A stretch of DNA of 63,580 nt, counting the filler, from Thraustochytrium aureum (Eukaryota), in the NCBI GenBank assembly GCA_012862495.1. It is 5 parts of 3 records of this genome, joined end to end, with 100 filler letters (N's around TTAATTAATTAA, not from the genome) between each part and the next. Parts side by side here need not be neighbours in the genome. Positions count along the whole stretch, not along the records: positions 1 to 7,099 come from BLSG01000242.1; positions 7,200 to 37,946 come from BLSG01000242.1; 3 more parts are not named here. One strand, written 5' to 3'. The position numbers and the translations under genes are program-made. Positions within the stretch are counted from its first letter, which is position 1. Each line of letters starts with the position of its first letter. Of this stretch, positions 1 through 10,645 are shown one piece after another. The notes under the pieces are model-generated. The model made no database searches. It saw only the letters and a program-made list of their open reading frames with translations, and had not been told where the DNA came from.

Positions 1-1
1 C

Positions 2-3000
2 GGCGACGACGAAGACGACGGTGAAGAAGCGGAAGCTGACAAACACGGAGGGGCCGGCCAAGGGCAAAATAGCTCCCCAAGCGGCCAAAGCAGCAGCGCA
101 TCGAGTCACGAGCTCAAGGCGAAGCGCAGAGACCATGGACCGAGGCCGGGGCGGGGTCGCGCAGCGCTCGACTCAGCCAATAGGCCCTCATCAACATCAA
201 GTGCGGACGATGATCACCAAGGCGAAGACGGATCCGAAGGCGAAGACGGCGAAAGCGACGACGAGGAAGAGGAGGAAGTCGGGCGAAAGCGCAGGGCGGC
301 CGTATGTCTCACAGTCGGCGTCGGCTCGTTCAGCGACCCTGAAGACTGTCAAGGCCTGGCACACTTTCTGGAGCATATGTTGTTCATGGGCTCGAGCAAG
401 TACCCGAAGGAAAACGCATTCGACGAATTCGTGTCAAAGTCCGGCGGCGACTCGAACGCGTACACCGAAGGCGAGCACACGAGCTTCTACTTTACGACGA
501 AGAACGCGGCCCTTGAGCATGCGCTCGACATTTTTGCCCAGTTCTTCGTGTCGCCGCTCATGCTGGAGGACAGCGTGGGCCGCGAGCTGAACGCGATCGA
601 GAACGAGTTCCAGATGTCTCGCAGCAGCGAGTCGAATCGGCTGCAGGAGATCTGTTGCCGCACCTCCCGCGCGGGCCACCCGCTTGCGAAATTCGGCTGG
701 GGGAACCTTCGGACGCTGCGCGACGAGCCGGCCGAGCGCGGGATCGACCCGCTCAAGCGCCTGCGACCGTTCTTTGATGAAAACTACGTGGCCCCGAACA
801 TGAAGCTTTGCGTGTGCGCCCCGCTCCCGCTCCACGAGATCGAGCGCATTGTGCTCAAGACCTGCAGTGCGATTCGCGCCCGCCCCGATGCCGCGCCCCG
901 GAGCTGGGAGTTCAGCCCGCTCACGATGTCGAGCGAAGGGTTTCCGTTCCAGGGGTCGGCCCCACAGCCTTCTTCGGCGCCCGAGGTCGAGACTAGCGAG
1001 CGCCTGGTGGAGGACCGGGTTGCCCTGGGGTGCTCCTTTTTCGTGGTGCCTATCCTGGACGTGCACCGCCTACGCATTACCTGGCAGCTGCCGTCTCAGC
1101 TTGAGCACTACAAAAGCAAGCCAAACGAATACCTGAGCCACCTTCTGGGCCACGAGTCGGAAGGAAGCGTCCTCCATGTTGCGAAAGCGCGAGGCTGGGC
1201 GACCTCGCTCGAGGCCGGCGGGAGCGATGGCGGCTACGAGCAGAACACCGCCTGCACCCTGTTCCCAATCACGATTTCGCTAACCAAGCGGGGCATGTGC
1301 GAGTGGAAGCAGGTTGTGCACCTGGTCCTGGAGCACATCAGCCTGCTGCGCGCCGTGGGACCCCAAAAGTGGGTGTTTGATGAACTGTCAGACATCGCCA
1401 CCGTCGACTACCGCTTCCTTGAAGAAATCGATCCGGAGGACACGGTGCAAGAGCTAGCCATGAACATGCTTCCCCAGCGCAAGATGGCGCGCGAGGATCT
1501 CCTGCACGGCCCCTATTTGCTCCAGGAGTGGGAGCCGCGCCTCATCGCCGAGCTGCTCGACCACTTTCAGGTCGCCAATATGCGCGTCGACCTCTTGTCG
1601 AGTTTGTTCGGGCGAGACCGAGACTTTGAACGCGCGTCGCCAACGGCCGCCGCACAGCGCCGCCGCAAGTCCGCTTCGGCCGAGGAGCACGATTCCGGAG
1701 TGGCTGATCGCCAGGCCGGGCTCGCTGCCGAGGACCACGCTGTCGCCCATGCCAGCGACGCCGACGATGATGGCGATGTCGCGGCCGACTCTCAAGTCCA
1801 AATCGACGCTGGCGACGACAGCGGCGAGGACGGCGAGGACGGCGAAGCGGGGGCGGCTGACGACGACGAGGTCGACGACGTGGACCGCGAAGAGGAGCAA
1901 GTTGACCTCAGTGCAAAGTCAGAGGACTTTGAGAACAACCCGCGCTTTTGCACAGAGCCACCCGAGGTTGAGAGGCACTTTGGAACGCGGTTTTGGGTGC
2001 GCCGCATCGAGGCATCGACGCACTCTGCCTGGCAGCGCACCATGGAGGAGACAGAGGCGCTCGTTCGGAACAGCGACGGAGCGGGGCTCTCCGCCTCCGG
2101 TCTTCACCTCCCGCAGCGAAACCGTTTCATCACGCGCGAGGTGTTCATGCAGCCTTTCCCGGACACCGACGCCTTGCACCCTCTGGTTGGTGCATTTGTG
2201 AAGCTGCAGGCCAAAATCAACCGCCGCTCAATTACGATGTACGGCTTTGTGCAGCACTTTGACGCGACTACCGGGACGGTTCGCGTCTCGCTCGAGGACG
2301 ATTTTGAGGACGAGTTTTGCCGGCTGGAGCTCTTGGACGAGGACGACCGCAAGCCCGAGTCCTGGGAACCCCGCCNNNNNNNNNNNNNNNNNNNNNNNNN
2401 NNNNNNNNNNNNNNNNNNNNNNNNNNNNNNNNNNNNNNNNNNNNNNNNNNNNNNNNNNNNNNNNNNNNNNNNNNNNNNNNNNNNNNNNNNNNNNNNNNNN
2501 NNNNNNNNNNNNNNNNNNNNNNNNNNNNNNNNNNNNNNNNNNNNNNNNNNNNNNNNNNNNNNCCCCGCCAAGAACAAGCGGCCAGTTGCATGGCCCGGGA
2601 AAAGACTCCGCAAAAAGCGAGGCGGCGGCGGCGGCAAGCCTCCCAAAGAAACTGGCACGCTCGTCGTGCTCGGGGGAGGTGTCTCGCGGTTCGGTGCCCC
2701 GCACCTCAGTGACGCTGCGATGCGTCTCTTTGACGAACGCGCAGCGGCTGGCAGCCCAGAGCGCGCAATCCGCGTCTCGGAGAACCGTATGCCCGTCATC
2801 TCGTCGTGCTACGTGCCCCAGGAAGCGCCCTGCTCTGACGCGCGCGTACGCGTGTTTTGCCTCCACAGCCGCGTGTTTCCTACCCCGAAGGCGGAGATTT
2901 TTGTCCACCTTGTGTGCGGCTCGCGCAACAACGCGGGCCGAACTGTGCGGCACGCCGTGGGCGCGGATCTCTTTGTTGGCCTCGTTGGCGACCTCCTCAC

Positions 3001-4288
3001 GAACGAGTCGTACATGGCGGCCATGGCGGAGCTCGAGTACTCGCTGCGCAAGACCGAGGCGGGTCTTCTCGTGCGGTTCTCCGGGTTTTCGGCCAAGCTG
3101 TTTAGCCTGGTCGAAATCGTGCTCGAGAGCATTTTCGTGCGCGCCCTCGAGGCGAACGAGAGCACAGTCCGACGGTTCGCCATGCAGCGCGAGTCGCTGC
3201 TCAGGGCTTACCGCAACTCTGGCCTAAAGTCGCAAAAGCTGGCCACCAACCTGCGCTTGCGCGCGCTCAAGCCGACGCACTTCAGCGCGCCAGACCTGAG
3301 AGCGGAGCTTGAGAGCAGCTCCTTCGACTCTTTCGAAAAGCTCGCTGACTTTGCGAGGAACGAGCTCTTTGCGGAGCTCTTGGCGGACGCCATGCTCTGC
3401 GGAAACGTGACCGTCGACAAGGACGCCGCTGCGCTCCACCGGCTGATCGCGCAGCACGTCGGCGCGTTTCGGCCGATGGACCGGGCGCAGTTTCCGCGAG
3501 CGCAGGTTTTGGAGATCCCGCCGGGACAGCGGATCCTTGTCGAGGAAATGAGCCGCGATCCGAACGACAAGAACAGCTCGCTCGAGCTTTACTTGCAGAT
3601 AGGCCCCGATTCGTTGCGTGAACGGGTGGTGCTGGACCTGATCGAGCAGCTCATGCAGGAGCCGATTTACGACAAGCTCCGCACCAAGAAGCAGCTGGGC
3701 TATTCGGTCGGCTGCGGCGCCCGGTTAACAAACTCGGTTCTTGGGTTTGTGATTCGGGCCACGTCTGCCACGCACTCGCCAGCGCAGCTCGAGGCGCATG
3801 TGCTGGCGTTTTTGGAGGCCTATCTGGGCGAGCTCGAGGCTCTCTCGGCGGCCAACTTTGAGGAGGCCGTCTACACCTTGGTCGAGTCCAAGCTCGAGGA
3901 GGACAACAACCTCTCAGAGGAGAGCAAGCGGCTCTGGCCTTCTGTTGCCGACCAGACCTACTTTTGGCACGATCAGCGCCACGAGGCCTTCGCGCTCTTT
4001 GGAGTCTCGAAGGCCGCTGTGCTCAAGTCGTATCGCCGATGGATACTTCCGTCCAGCCCAGAAACGCGAATGCTCTCCATTCGCGTTACTGGGTCCTGCG
4101 CTGTCGTCTCCGGGTCCTTCCCCGAGACTACGCCAGAATTGCCCCACGTGGTGCACGCTGTCTTACCGTCAAGCATCCCGGCAGTGCTGCACGGCATTGG
4201 CCAGTGTCTGGAGGGGGAGAGCGAGATCGGCTTTGATCACCTCGCGGTGGCAGGGCCCAGCGACCGGCCCGCACCAGTAGCCTCGTAA
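2..4288 (+). CDS. NRDC: Nardilysin-like M16A (insulysin-family) zinc metalloendopeptidase, 5'-partial, internal gap 2375-2562
   Basis: Frame +2 is open from base 2, upstream of the ORF-track start at 377. It reads an acidic stretch, then AAVCLTVGVGSFSDPEDCQGLAHFLEHMLFMGSSKYPKEN, which carries the inverted zinc motif HxxEH. Also present: NAYT, LSHLLGHESEGS and C-terminal YDKLRTKKQLGYSV. An acidic insert just before HxxEH is typical of nardilysin. Confidence 0.9.
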   Translation, partial: GDDEDDGEEAEADKHGGAGQGQNSSPSGQSSSASSHELKAKRRDHGPRPGRGRAALDSANRPSSTSSADDDHQGEDGSEGEDGESDDEEEEEVGRKRRAAVCLTVGVGSFSDPEDCQGLAHFLEHMLFMGSSKYPKENAFDEFVSKSGGDSNAYTEGEHTSFYFTTKNAALEHALDIFAQFFVSPLMLEDSVGRELNAIENEFQMSRSSESNRLQEICCRTSRAGHPLAKFGWGNLRTLRDEPAERGIDPLKRLRPFFDENYVAPNMKLCVCAPLPLHEIERIVLKTCSAIRARPDAAPRSWEFSPLTMSSEGFPFQGSAPQPSSAPEVETSERLVEDRVALGCSFFVVPILDVHRLRITWQLPSQLEHYKSKPNEYLSHLLGHESEGSVLHVAKARGWATSLEAGGSDGGYEQNTACTLFPITISLTKRGMCEWKQVVHLVLEHISLLRAVGPQKWVFDELSDIATVDYRFLEEIDPEDTVQELAMNMLPQRKMAREDLLHGPYLLQEWEPRLIAELLDHFQVANMRVDLLSSLFGRDRDFERASPTAAAQRRRKSASAEEHDSGVADRQAGLAAEDHAVAHASDADDDGDVAADSQVQIDAGDDSGEDGEDGEAGAADDDEVDDVDREEEQVDLSAKSEDFENNPRFCTEPPEVERHFGTRFWVRRIEASTHSAWQRTMEETEALVRNSDGAGLSASGLHLPQRNRFITREVFMQPFPDTDALHPLVGAFVKLQAKINRRSITMYGFVQHFDATTGTVRVSLEDDFEDEFCRLELLDEDDRKPESWEPRXXXXXXXXXXXXXXXXXXXXXXXXXXXXXXXXXXXXXXXXXXXXXXXXXXXXXXXXXXXXXXXPAKNKRPVAWPGKRLRKKRGGGGGKPPKETGTLVVLGGGVSRFGAPHLSDAAMRLFDERAAAGSPERAIRVSENRMPVISSCYVPQEAPCSDARVRVFCLHSRVFPTPKAEIFVHLVCGSRNNAGRTVRHAVGADLFVGLVGDLLTNESYMAAMAELEYSLRKTEAGLLVRFSGFSAKLFSLVEIVLESIFVRALEANESTVRRFAMQRESLLRAYRNSGLKSQKLATNLRLRALKPTHFSAPDLRAELESSSFDSFEKLADFARNELFAELLADAMLCGNVTVDKDAAALHRLIAQHVGAFRPMDRAQFPRAQVLEIPPGQRILVEEMSRDPNDKNSSLELYLQIGPDSLRERVVLDLIEQLMQEPIYDKLRTKKQLGYSVGCGARLTNSVLGFVIRATSATHSPAQLEAHVLAFLEAYLGELEALSAANFEEAVYTLVESKLEEDNNLSEESKRLWPSVADQTYFWHDQRHEAFALFGVSKAAVLKSYRRWILPSSPETRMLSIRVTGSCAVVSGSFPETTPELPHVVHAVLPSSIPAVLHGIGQCLEGESEIGFDHLAVAGPSDRPAPVAS

Positions 4289-4901
4289 CGCAGCAAGCAG
4301 AGTCATCAGCTCGCGCCTCTGTTTTTTGAATTGCTCTTTTGCTCCTCTTGGCCTACTCGCAGGTACTCTATCCGTTCCAACGGATACATTCGNNNNNNNN
4401 NNNNNNNNNNNNNNNNNNNNNNNNNNNNNNNNNNNNNNNNNNNNNNNNNNNNNNNNNNNNNNNNNNNNNNNNNNNNNNNNNNNNNNNNNNNNNNNNNNNN
4501 NNNNNNNNNNNNNNNNNNNNNNNNNNNNNNNNNNNNNNNNNNNNNNNNNNNNNNNNNNNNNNNNNNNNNNNNNNNNNNNNNNNNNNNNNNNNNNNNNNNN
4601 NNNNNNNNNNNNNNNNNNNNNNNNNNNNNNNNNNNNNNNNNNNNNNTACATTCGCTGTCACCGGCCTCCAAACCAGGGAGACAGACGTTGAGGATAGCGC
4701 AGGCCGGCAGCGCGTGCGAAGAGCAAACGACAGAGCGAGCGAGCGGCCCGGAAGACGGCAAAGGAGCGCCCTTGGACGTCGCTAAGGCACCTAGTCTCTC
4801 GGCGCCAGAGGGCAAGCCCACGTCGGCGCCTCGAGCCAGCCCGCGGCATCTGGTTGCGGGTGAGCACGCGTGAGCAAGTGGACGGCTGCGCGCGCGGCAG
4901 A

Positions 4902-5563
4902 ATGAAGTGGAGCAGCGTGGCTGTCGCAGGCTGCTGTTTTGCGTTGCTGTCGCTTGACGCGCATGCCAGCTCGGAGTTGTGCTTGCTCACGCAGGCGCTC
5001 CCCAAAAACCAGAGCCATCCTTGACGCAGTGCTATCGGTACAATACAGAGGCGTGCTGCGTTTCTGGCCATGACTCGTTCATCAAAGACAGGTTTGAGGA
5101 TTCGCTGAGCAAGAACTGCCTGCGCAAGTTCCCTGAGCTCGAGAACTGGTTTTGCTTTGGTTGCCACCCGAACAGCCGTTTGTATCTTCGCCAGGAAAAC
5201 GCCAGTGCGCCAAAGATCACCGTGTGCTCGAGTTTTGCGCAGGCGCTTTTCGAGTTGGACCTTGCATCGTGCGGGATTAATATGCGAGTGTCCAATCCGT
5301 TTGTAAATGACGTCAACCGGACCGCGCTTTGGGTGAAGGGCTTTCACCGGCCTTCAGACCAGGCGCAGGTGGTGATCCCCGAGCTCGTTTTTAATGGTGC
5401 CGACGAACTTCTCAAGTACTTGCTGCCCCCGTACTTTGAGCAATACACGGTCGATATTGTCGATTCGGACAACGGTGATTGCTTTAGCGCCGCCAATTTT
5501 CTCGGCGCTTCCAGGGTGGTCGCTCTTCTCGCCGTTGCGTGGTCGCTGCTCCTCGCGCATTGA
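4902..5563 (+). CDS. Folate-receptor/riboflavin-binding-like Cys-rich secreted protein, probably GPI-anchored; 1-nt frameshift at ~4994
   Basis: ATG 4902 gives a signal-peptide-like MKWSSVAVAGCCFALLSLDAHA. Adding one G at the GG at 4994-4995 joins it to ELCLLTQGAPQKPEPSLTQCYRYNTEACC...CLRKFPELENWFCFGCHP...VCSSF, the Folate_rec Cys pattern. The C-terminus is hydrophobic. Alternative model: an in-phase intron 4860-4994 (GTGAGC...CGCAG) linking to an upstream exon. Confidence 0.65.
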
Positions 5564-5885
5564 AAACAGAGAACCAACCGAACTTTGCTTTCTTTGAGGC
5601 CTTTCCTTGCTCGCTCGGCCACGTTGCCGCTGCCATCCACATCAACCTCTCGGCTTGCACGTCGCGGCCGCTGGATGTGCATCGTGGGACAAACGCACCG
5701 TGATGAAGAATTTTCAATTTCTTGAATCAAGAAAAAGTGACGCCAGACCGCACTCACCTCGTTCACTCGGAGAGCGCGGCGAGAGCCTTGCACGCACCTG
5801 CTGCACGTCGCGCGGGCGGAAGCGAGCAGGGGAGGGGACAAGACCCAAAGAGAGAGGCGCCGCAGTGCCCCGCTTGGGCGGCAGG

Positions 5886-6620
5886 ATGGCGGAGGCCCAG
5901 GCGGCCGCGTCACCTGGGCTGCCGGTTGTGGATCTTGGCAGCTTCACGAGGTCACCGCCCGGGAGCGCGTCGGAGCAGCGCGCGACGCTCGACAGCTGGG
6001 CCGATGCGATGCGCCGCGTCGGGTTCGCCATAGTGACCAACCACGGCATACCCCAGGAGACCATTGACGGCATGTTCGAGGTGGCGCAGCGATTTTTCCT
6101 CGACAAGANNNNNNNNNNNNNNNNNNNNNNNNNNNNNNNNNNNNNNNNNNNNNNNNNNNNNNNNNNNNNNNNNNNNNNNNNNNNNNNNNNNNNNNNNNNN
6201 NNNNNNNNNNNNNNNNNNNNNNNNNNNNNNNNNNNNNNNNNNNNNNNNNNNNNNNNNNNNNNNNNNNNNNNNNNNNNNNNNNNNNNNNNNNNNNNNNNNN
6301 NNNNNNNNNNNNNNNNNNNNNNNNNNNNNNNNNNNNNNNNNNNNNNNNNNNNNNNNNNNNNNNNNNNNNNNNNNNNNNNNNNNNNNNNNNNNNNNNNNNN
6401 NNNNNNNNNNNNNNNNNNNNNNNNNNNNNNNNNNNNNNNNNNNNNNNNNNNNNNNNNNNNNNNNNNNNNNNNNNNNNNNNNNNNNNNNNNNNNNNNNNNN
6501 NNNNNNNNNNNNNNNNNNNNNNNNNACTCGCTCGTGGCTCCAATTTTCGGCGACGGCTCCAAGCCGCCAATCCGCGCGCACGACCACCTCCTCATGCAGC
6601 TCGCCAAGAGCAACACGTAG
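5886..6620 (+). CDS. 2-oxoglutarate/Fe(II) dioxygenase (isopenicillin N synthase-like, DIOX_N); middle lost in gap 6109-6525
   Basis: The N-terminal DIOX_N signature is present: LPVVDL...DAMRRVGFAIVTNHGIPQETIDGMFEVAQRFF. The C-terminal tail PPIRAHDHLLMQL is typical of the family. Confidence 0.8.
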   Translation: MAEAQAAASPGLPVVDLGSFTRSPPGSASEQRATLDSWADAMRRVGFAIVTNHGIPQETIDGMFEVAQRFFLDKXXXXXXXXXXXXXXXXXXXXXXXXXXXXXXXXXXXXXXXXXXXXXXXXXXXXXXXXXXXXXXXXXXXXXXXXXXXXXXXXXXXXXXXXXXXXXXXXXXXXXXXXXXXXXXXXXXXXXXXXXXXXXXXXXXXXXXXXXXXXSLVAPIFGDGSKPPIRAHDHLLMQLAKSNT

Positions 6621-6922
6621 CGCCCGCCTGACGCGAGGCGGCGCCCTCGGCCCCCCGCCCGACAAACACCCAGTACCGGTAGAAATCAAATTCAACAACG
6701 TCCATTCAGCTCGTCCCGCCGCACAGGGCCACACACGGAGCTGTCCGACCCCTCCGCAGTCCTCCCGCAACGCAGCTCTCGTCACGGGGCCTCTCACGTG
6801 ACGCGCGAGACGTGTGCGTTTGTGACAGCAGCGAGCGAAAGAAGCAAGCAAGAAAGGCCACTTTGAAGGGAAGGGGAATTGAACCTGAGAGCGAAGCAGA
6901 ATTCGGCTTCAAGGGGGGAGGG

Positions 6923-7053
6923 CAGAGAGACAGAGACAGAGACAGAGACAGAGACAGAGACAGAGACAGAGACAGAGACAGAGACAGAGACAGAGACAGA
7001 GACAGAGAGCGAGCGAGCGAGAGAGAGAGCGAGAGCGAGAGCGAGCGAGAGAG
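6923..7053. repeat. (GAGACA)n hexanucleotide microsatellite followed by GA/GAGC repeats
   Basis: Directly visible tandem AGAGAC array near the scaffold end. Confidence 0.95.
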
Positions 7054-7099
7054 GCGTGCATGGGTGCAGACAAGCAGGCGATAGGGAAGGCAGGAAGAC

Positions 7100-7199
7100 N
7101 NNNNNNNNNNNNNNNNNNNNNNNNNNNNNNNNNNNNNNNNNNNTTAATTAATTAANNNNNNNNNNNNNNNNNNNNNNNNNNNNNNNNNNNNNNNNNNNN
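7100..7199. other. Artificial scaffold-joining spacer N44-TTAATTAATTAA-N44
   Basis: The palindromic 12-mer has stops in all six frames and is flanked by exactly 44 N on each side. The same spacer occurs four times. Confidence 0.97.
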
Positions 7200-8281
7200 G
7201 CCTTGGGGTTGTCTGGCTTGGCGGCGTCCCATTAGCAGAGCCGTCCCTGCGAGTCCCAGCCTGGGCGTGCGGGAACTCTTGGGCGCCGCCGCCGCCGCCA
7301 TCCGGTTGCCTCGCGAATGCGGGGCCCAATCGCGGCCCAGTTTGCCGCGTGCGGGCTCGGGGCGTGCCTTGCGGGAGTGGGATTGGGCTTGCGCCATCAA
7401 GGCCTTGCGTTGGATCGGGCAAGGCGACATTGCGCCGCTGCAGCTCGGCGACGAGTTCAGACCTGAAGGCCTTGAGCACCTCCTGCTCCAGCTCAGCCTC
7501 CATTAGCTGTTGAAGCAACTTCATCTTGTCGGACTTGCGCCGCGGCAGCGTGGCCCCGCGAGCCAGCAGCTCATCGCGCAGATAGTTGGCGTCGTCTTCT
7601 TTGACAAAGAGCAGGTCCTCGACGCTGATGACCGGCGCCCAAACTCGTAGCCGGCGCCAACAAGGCCTTCCGCGTCCTTCAAGACTGCTTCTTCAAGCGC
7701 GACCACCTTGGCGAGCCTGCCTCCGTTCGGGACGGCGATCCGCCGCTGCGCAAGCCCCGCCTCTAGTTCTTCAAGGGACATATCGACCGGCAGCTTTTGC
7801 TCGCCTGACTGCCGCAGATGCGCGCGCCGGCGAAGAGCCATGGCGAGGTCAAGCTTTTCCAGCAGCTCTTCGTTCGTGCCGCTCACCTTGAGACCGAGGT
7901 TTGCGAGTTCTTCGCGCAGCTCCTTGTTCCACTCGTTGAGCAACAGGTTGCGCGCGAGTTCGGGCTCTGCCTTCAGACCGCGCTGGTTCAGGCCGCGCAT
8001 ATCGAGCTCGACTCGTACAACCTCGTTGTCCAGCGGCGCCCCGACGGGCCTCGACCGGCGCAGGTCGAGCCTGCGCTTCGCCGGGCTCGCGCCATCAAAG
8101 GCATGCACTTCGCCGCACGCGCCGTCAGGAGCCGCCCCTGCACCGAGCGCCGTCCGTCCCGTTCGCACTTACCGATCGGGGTCGGCGAGAAGCTCAGTTG
8201 CTTCTTCGCGCCTCTCCTCCTCCCGCGCGTTGCAAGCAGCGCCTTGGCGGCATTCCCGAGCAGGCCGTCGTCGCCCTGCAT
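7200..8281 (-). CDS. Protein with several SAP/HeH-like helical motifs; 3'-partial, start uncertain; probable 35-nt intron 8138-8172 and 1-nt frameshift at ~7638
   Basis: Repeated motifs: NKELREELANLGLKVSGTNEELLEKL, MSLEELEAGLAQRRI, NYLRDELLARGATLPRRKSDKMKLL and RSELVAELQRRNV. A GTAAGT...TGCAG intron joins the upstream frame (MQGDDG...SPTPIG) in phase. Confidence 0.6.
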
Positions 8282-9801
8282 CCCGTCGGCCCCGAGCGTG
8301 CCAGCCGCCAGGCCTCGCTCGCGCTCCAGCAGCGGAGAGGCGACGCCAGGGTCGTCCAACCGCCGTCCAAACCGGGGCGACGAAGCGCCGGATTTCCCTC
8401 CAACAAGCCCCGCGCAGTCAGCCTACCCGCAACGCATTCCACGGAGCACGGCCTTTACAGGTCGCTCCTCGCGCCCGCCTGCGCGCGAAGGCCCTCTGCA
8501 CTGCCTGCCGCTGCTCCTGCTCCGTTGCGGGTCTGCTCTGCTCTGTTTCGGTGCACCGACGCCCACAGAGCGTGGGGTGAGTACCCCACCAAACCTTATC
8601 GGACAGAGCGCATCCTCGTCAATGAACGCCCGGACCTCCAAGGCGCTCTGCAGTGCCTTCTGCCTGTCCGCACCAGCCGCCGCGACTCGCACAGGCAGGG
8701 CAGGGCGCTCGCGGCGGAGGCTTGCCTGCTCCGCTCTGGGCTCTCGATCGTGGTCCTCGTGGAGGTAGAGTACAAGGCTGCCAGCCAGCCAGGCACTCGG
8801 CAAGCGCAGACTTNNNNNNNNNNNNNNNNNNNNNNNNNNNNNNNNNNNNNNNNNNNNNNNNNNNNNNNNNNNNNNNNNNNNNNNNNNNNNNNNNNNNNNN
8901 NNNNNNNNNNNNNNNNNNNNNNNNNNNNNNNNNNNNNNNNNNNNNNNNNNNNNNNNNNNNNNNNNNNNNNNNNNNNNNNNNNNNNNNNNNNNNNNNNNNN
9001 NNNNNNNNNNNNNNNNNNNNNNNNNNNNNNNNNNNNNNNNNNNNNNNNNNNNNNNNNNNNNNNNNNNNNNNNNNNNNNNNNNNNNNNNNNNNNNNNNNNN
9101 NNNNNNNNNNNNNNNNNNNNNNNNNNNNNNNNNNNNNNNNNNNNNNNNNNNNNNNNNNNNNNNNNNNNNNNNNNNNNNNNNNNNNNNNNNNNNNNNNNNN
9201 NNNNNNNNNNNNNNNNNNNNNNNNNNNNNNNNNNNNNNNNNNNNNNNNNNNNNNNNNNNNNNNNNNNNNNNNNNNNNNNNNNNNNNNNNNNNNNNNNNNN
9301 NNNNNNNNNNNNNNNNNNNNNNNNNNNNNNNNNNNNNNNNNNNNNNNNNNNNNNNNNNNNNNNNNNNNNNNNNNNNNNNNNNNNNNNNNNNNNNNNNNNN
9401 NNNNNNNNNNNNNNNNNNNNNNNNNNNNNNNNNNNNNNNNNNNNNNNNNNNNNNNNNNNNNNNNNNNNNNNNNNNNNNNNNNNNNNNNNNNNNNNNNNNN
9501 NNNNNNNNNNNNNNNNNNNNNNNNNNNNNNNNNNNNNNNNNNNNNNNNNNNNNNNNNNNNNNNNNNNNNNNNNNNNNNNNNNNNNNNNNNNNNNNNNNNN
9601 NNNNNNNNNNNNNNNNNNNNNNNNNNNNNNNNNNNNNNNNNNNNNNNNNNNNNNNNNNNNNNNNNNNNNNNNNNNNNNNNNNNNNNNNNNNNNNNNNNNN
9701 NNNNNNNNNNNNNNNNNNNNNNNNNNNNNNNNNNNNNNNNNNNNNNNNNNNNNNNNNNNNNNNNNNNNNNNNNNNNNNNNNNNNNNNNNNNNNNNNNNNN
9801 N

Positions 9802-10402
9802 ATCAACCAAGTCTGGCGCAGCTCTGGCCCGGCCGCCGCGATTCGCGACAGAAACCTGCAACAGCGAGCGGGAGATCTTTGCAGAAGCCGAGAGGCTCTG
9901 CAGCTTGTTCGTAGCCCGACGCGTGGAGAAACGTACCATGGAGTCGTACATTCGGGCGCACAGCGCGATTCGATTCGGCCTGCAAAAGTTGCTGATCGCG
10001 CTCGACGACCGCGTGCTGCCCGCGCTTCAATGCGACAGCCAGCTTCCGCTGCGCCTTCTCCTTGTGGTTTCCGTTGTGCTCTGCGACGCGATTCCCCAAC
10101 TCAGCCGTTTCCACTCGAGCATCGGAAAGGACATGTTTGCCAGGGTGTGCCAGTCTTGGCGCACAGCTTTTCTGCGCCTTGCGTCCATGCGCCGATTCGA
10201 CCCCTACGTCGCATCTTTGGAGCCGCAAGCTGACCCGGATTGCGAAACGCTGTGGCCTACATTGGAGAGCATACTCGTGGCGCTGGAGCTGGCCATGTCT
10301 TTTGTGCAAGTCGAGACGAGCTCGATGCAAGGATGGGCAAACGGCTTTTTTGCCCACCACGCGGGTCCGGTCATTGGTTGGCACGACTACTTTTTGCTGT
10401 GA
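9802..10402 (+). CDS. Hypothetical protein, C-terminal fragment after a gap
   Basis: About 200 codons are open with helical, protein-like composition. I recognise no motif. Confidence 0.4.
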
Positions 10403-10645
10403 CTTGTCTGTGGGCCTTGCGCTTGTGCTTCAACGCTTCCATATACCGGGGGGCGAGCGGCAGCGGCGTTGGCCTGTGGCGCCGTTATGGAAACCTTTTA
10501 CAATAAATGCGGGATCTGCACCTGCTCGAGCGCTTGCTTCCTAAAAGTTGGCAGCGCCGGCGCTAGTCGCCGACGCTTGATTTGATTGTTTCCCCGTTTT
10601 ATGAGTGTGTAGGGCCAGCCCAGCACGAGACCTGCGGGCGACCCG

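Noticed and set aside
6812..7151. RD-repeat and ET-repeat proteins
   Set aside because: These are translations of the (GAGACA)n microsatellite at a scaffold end, with no other coding evidence.
7144..7155. Palindromic TTAATTAATTAA (also at 37991, 58808 and 60107) as a piggyBac TTAA site or regulatory element
   Set aside because: It is always centred in exactly 44+44 N, so it is an artificial six-frame-stop linker. Gene adjacency across these points has no biological meaning.
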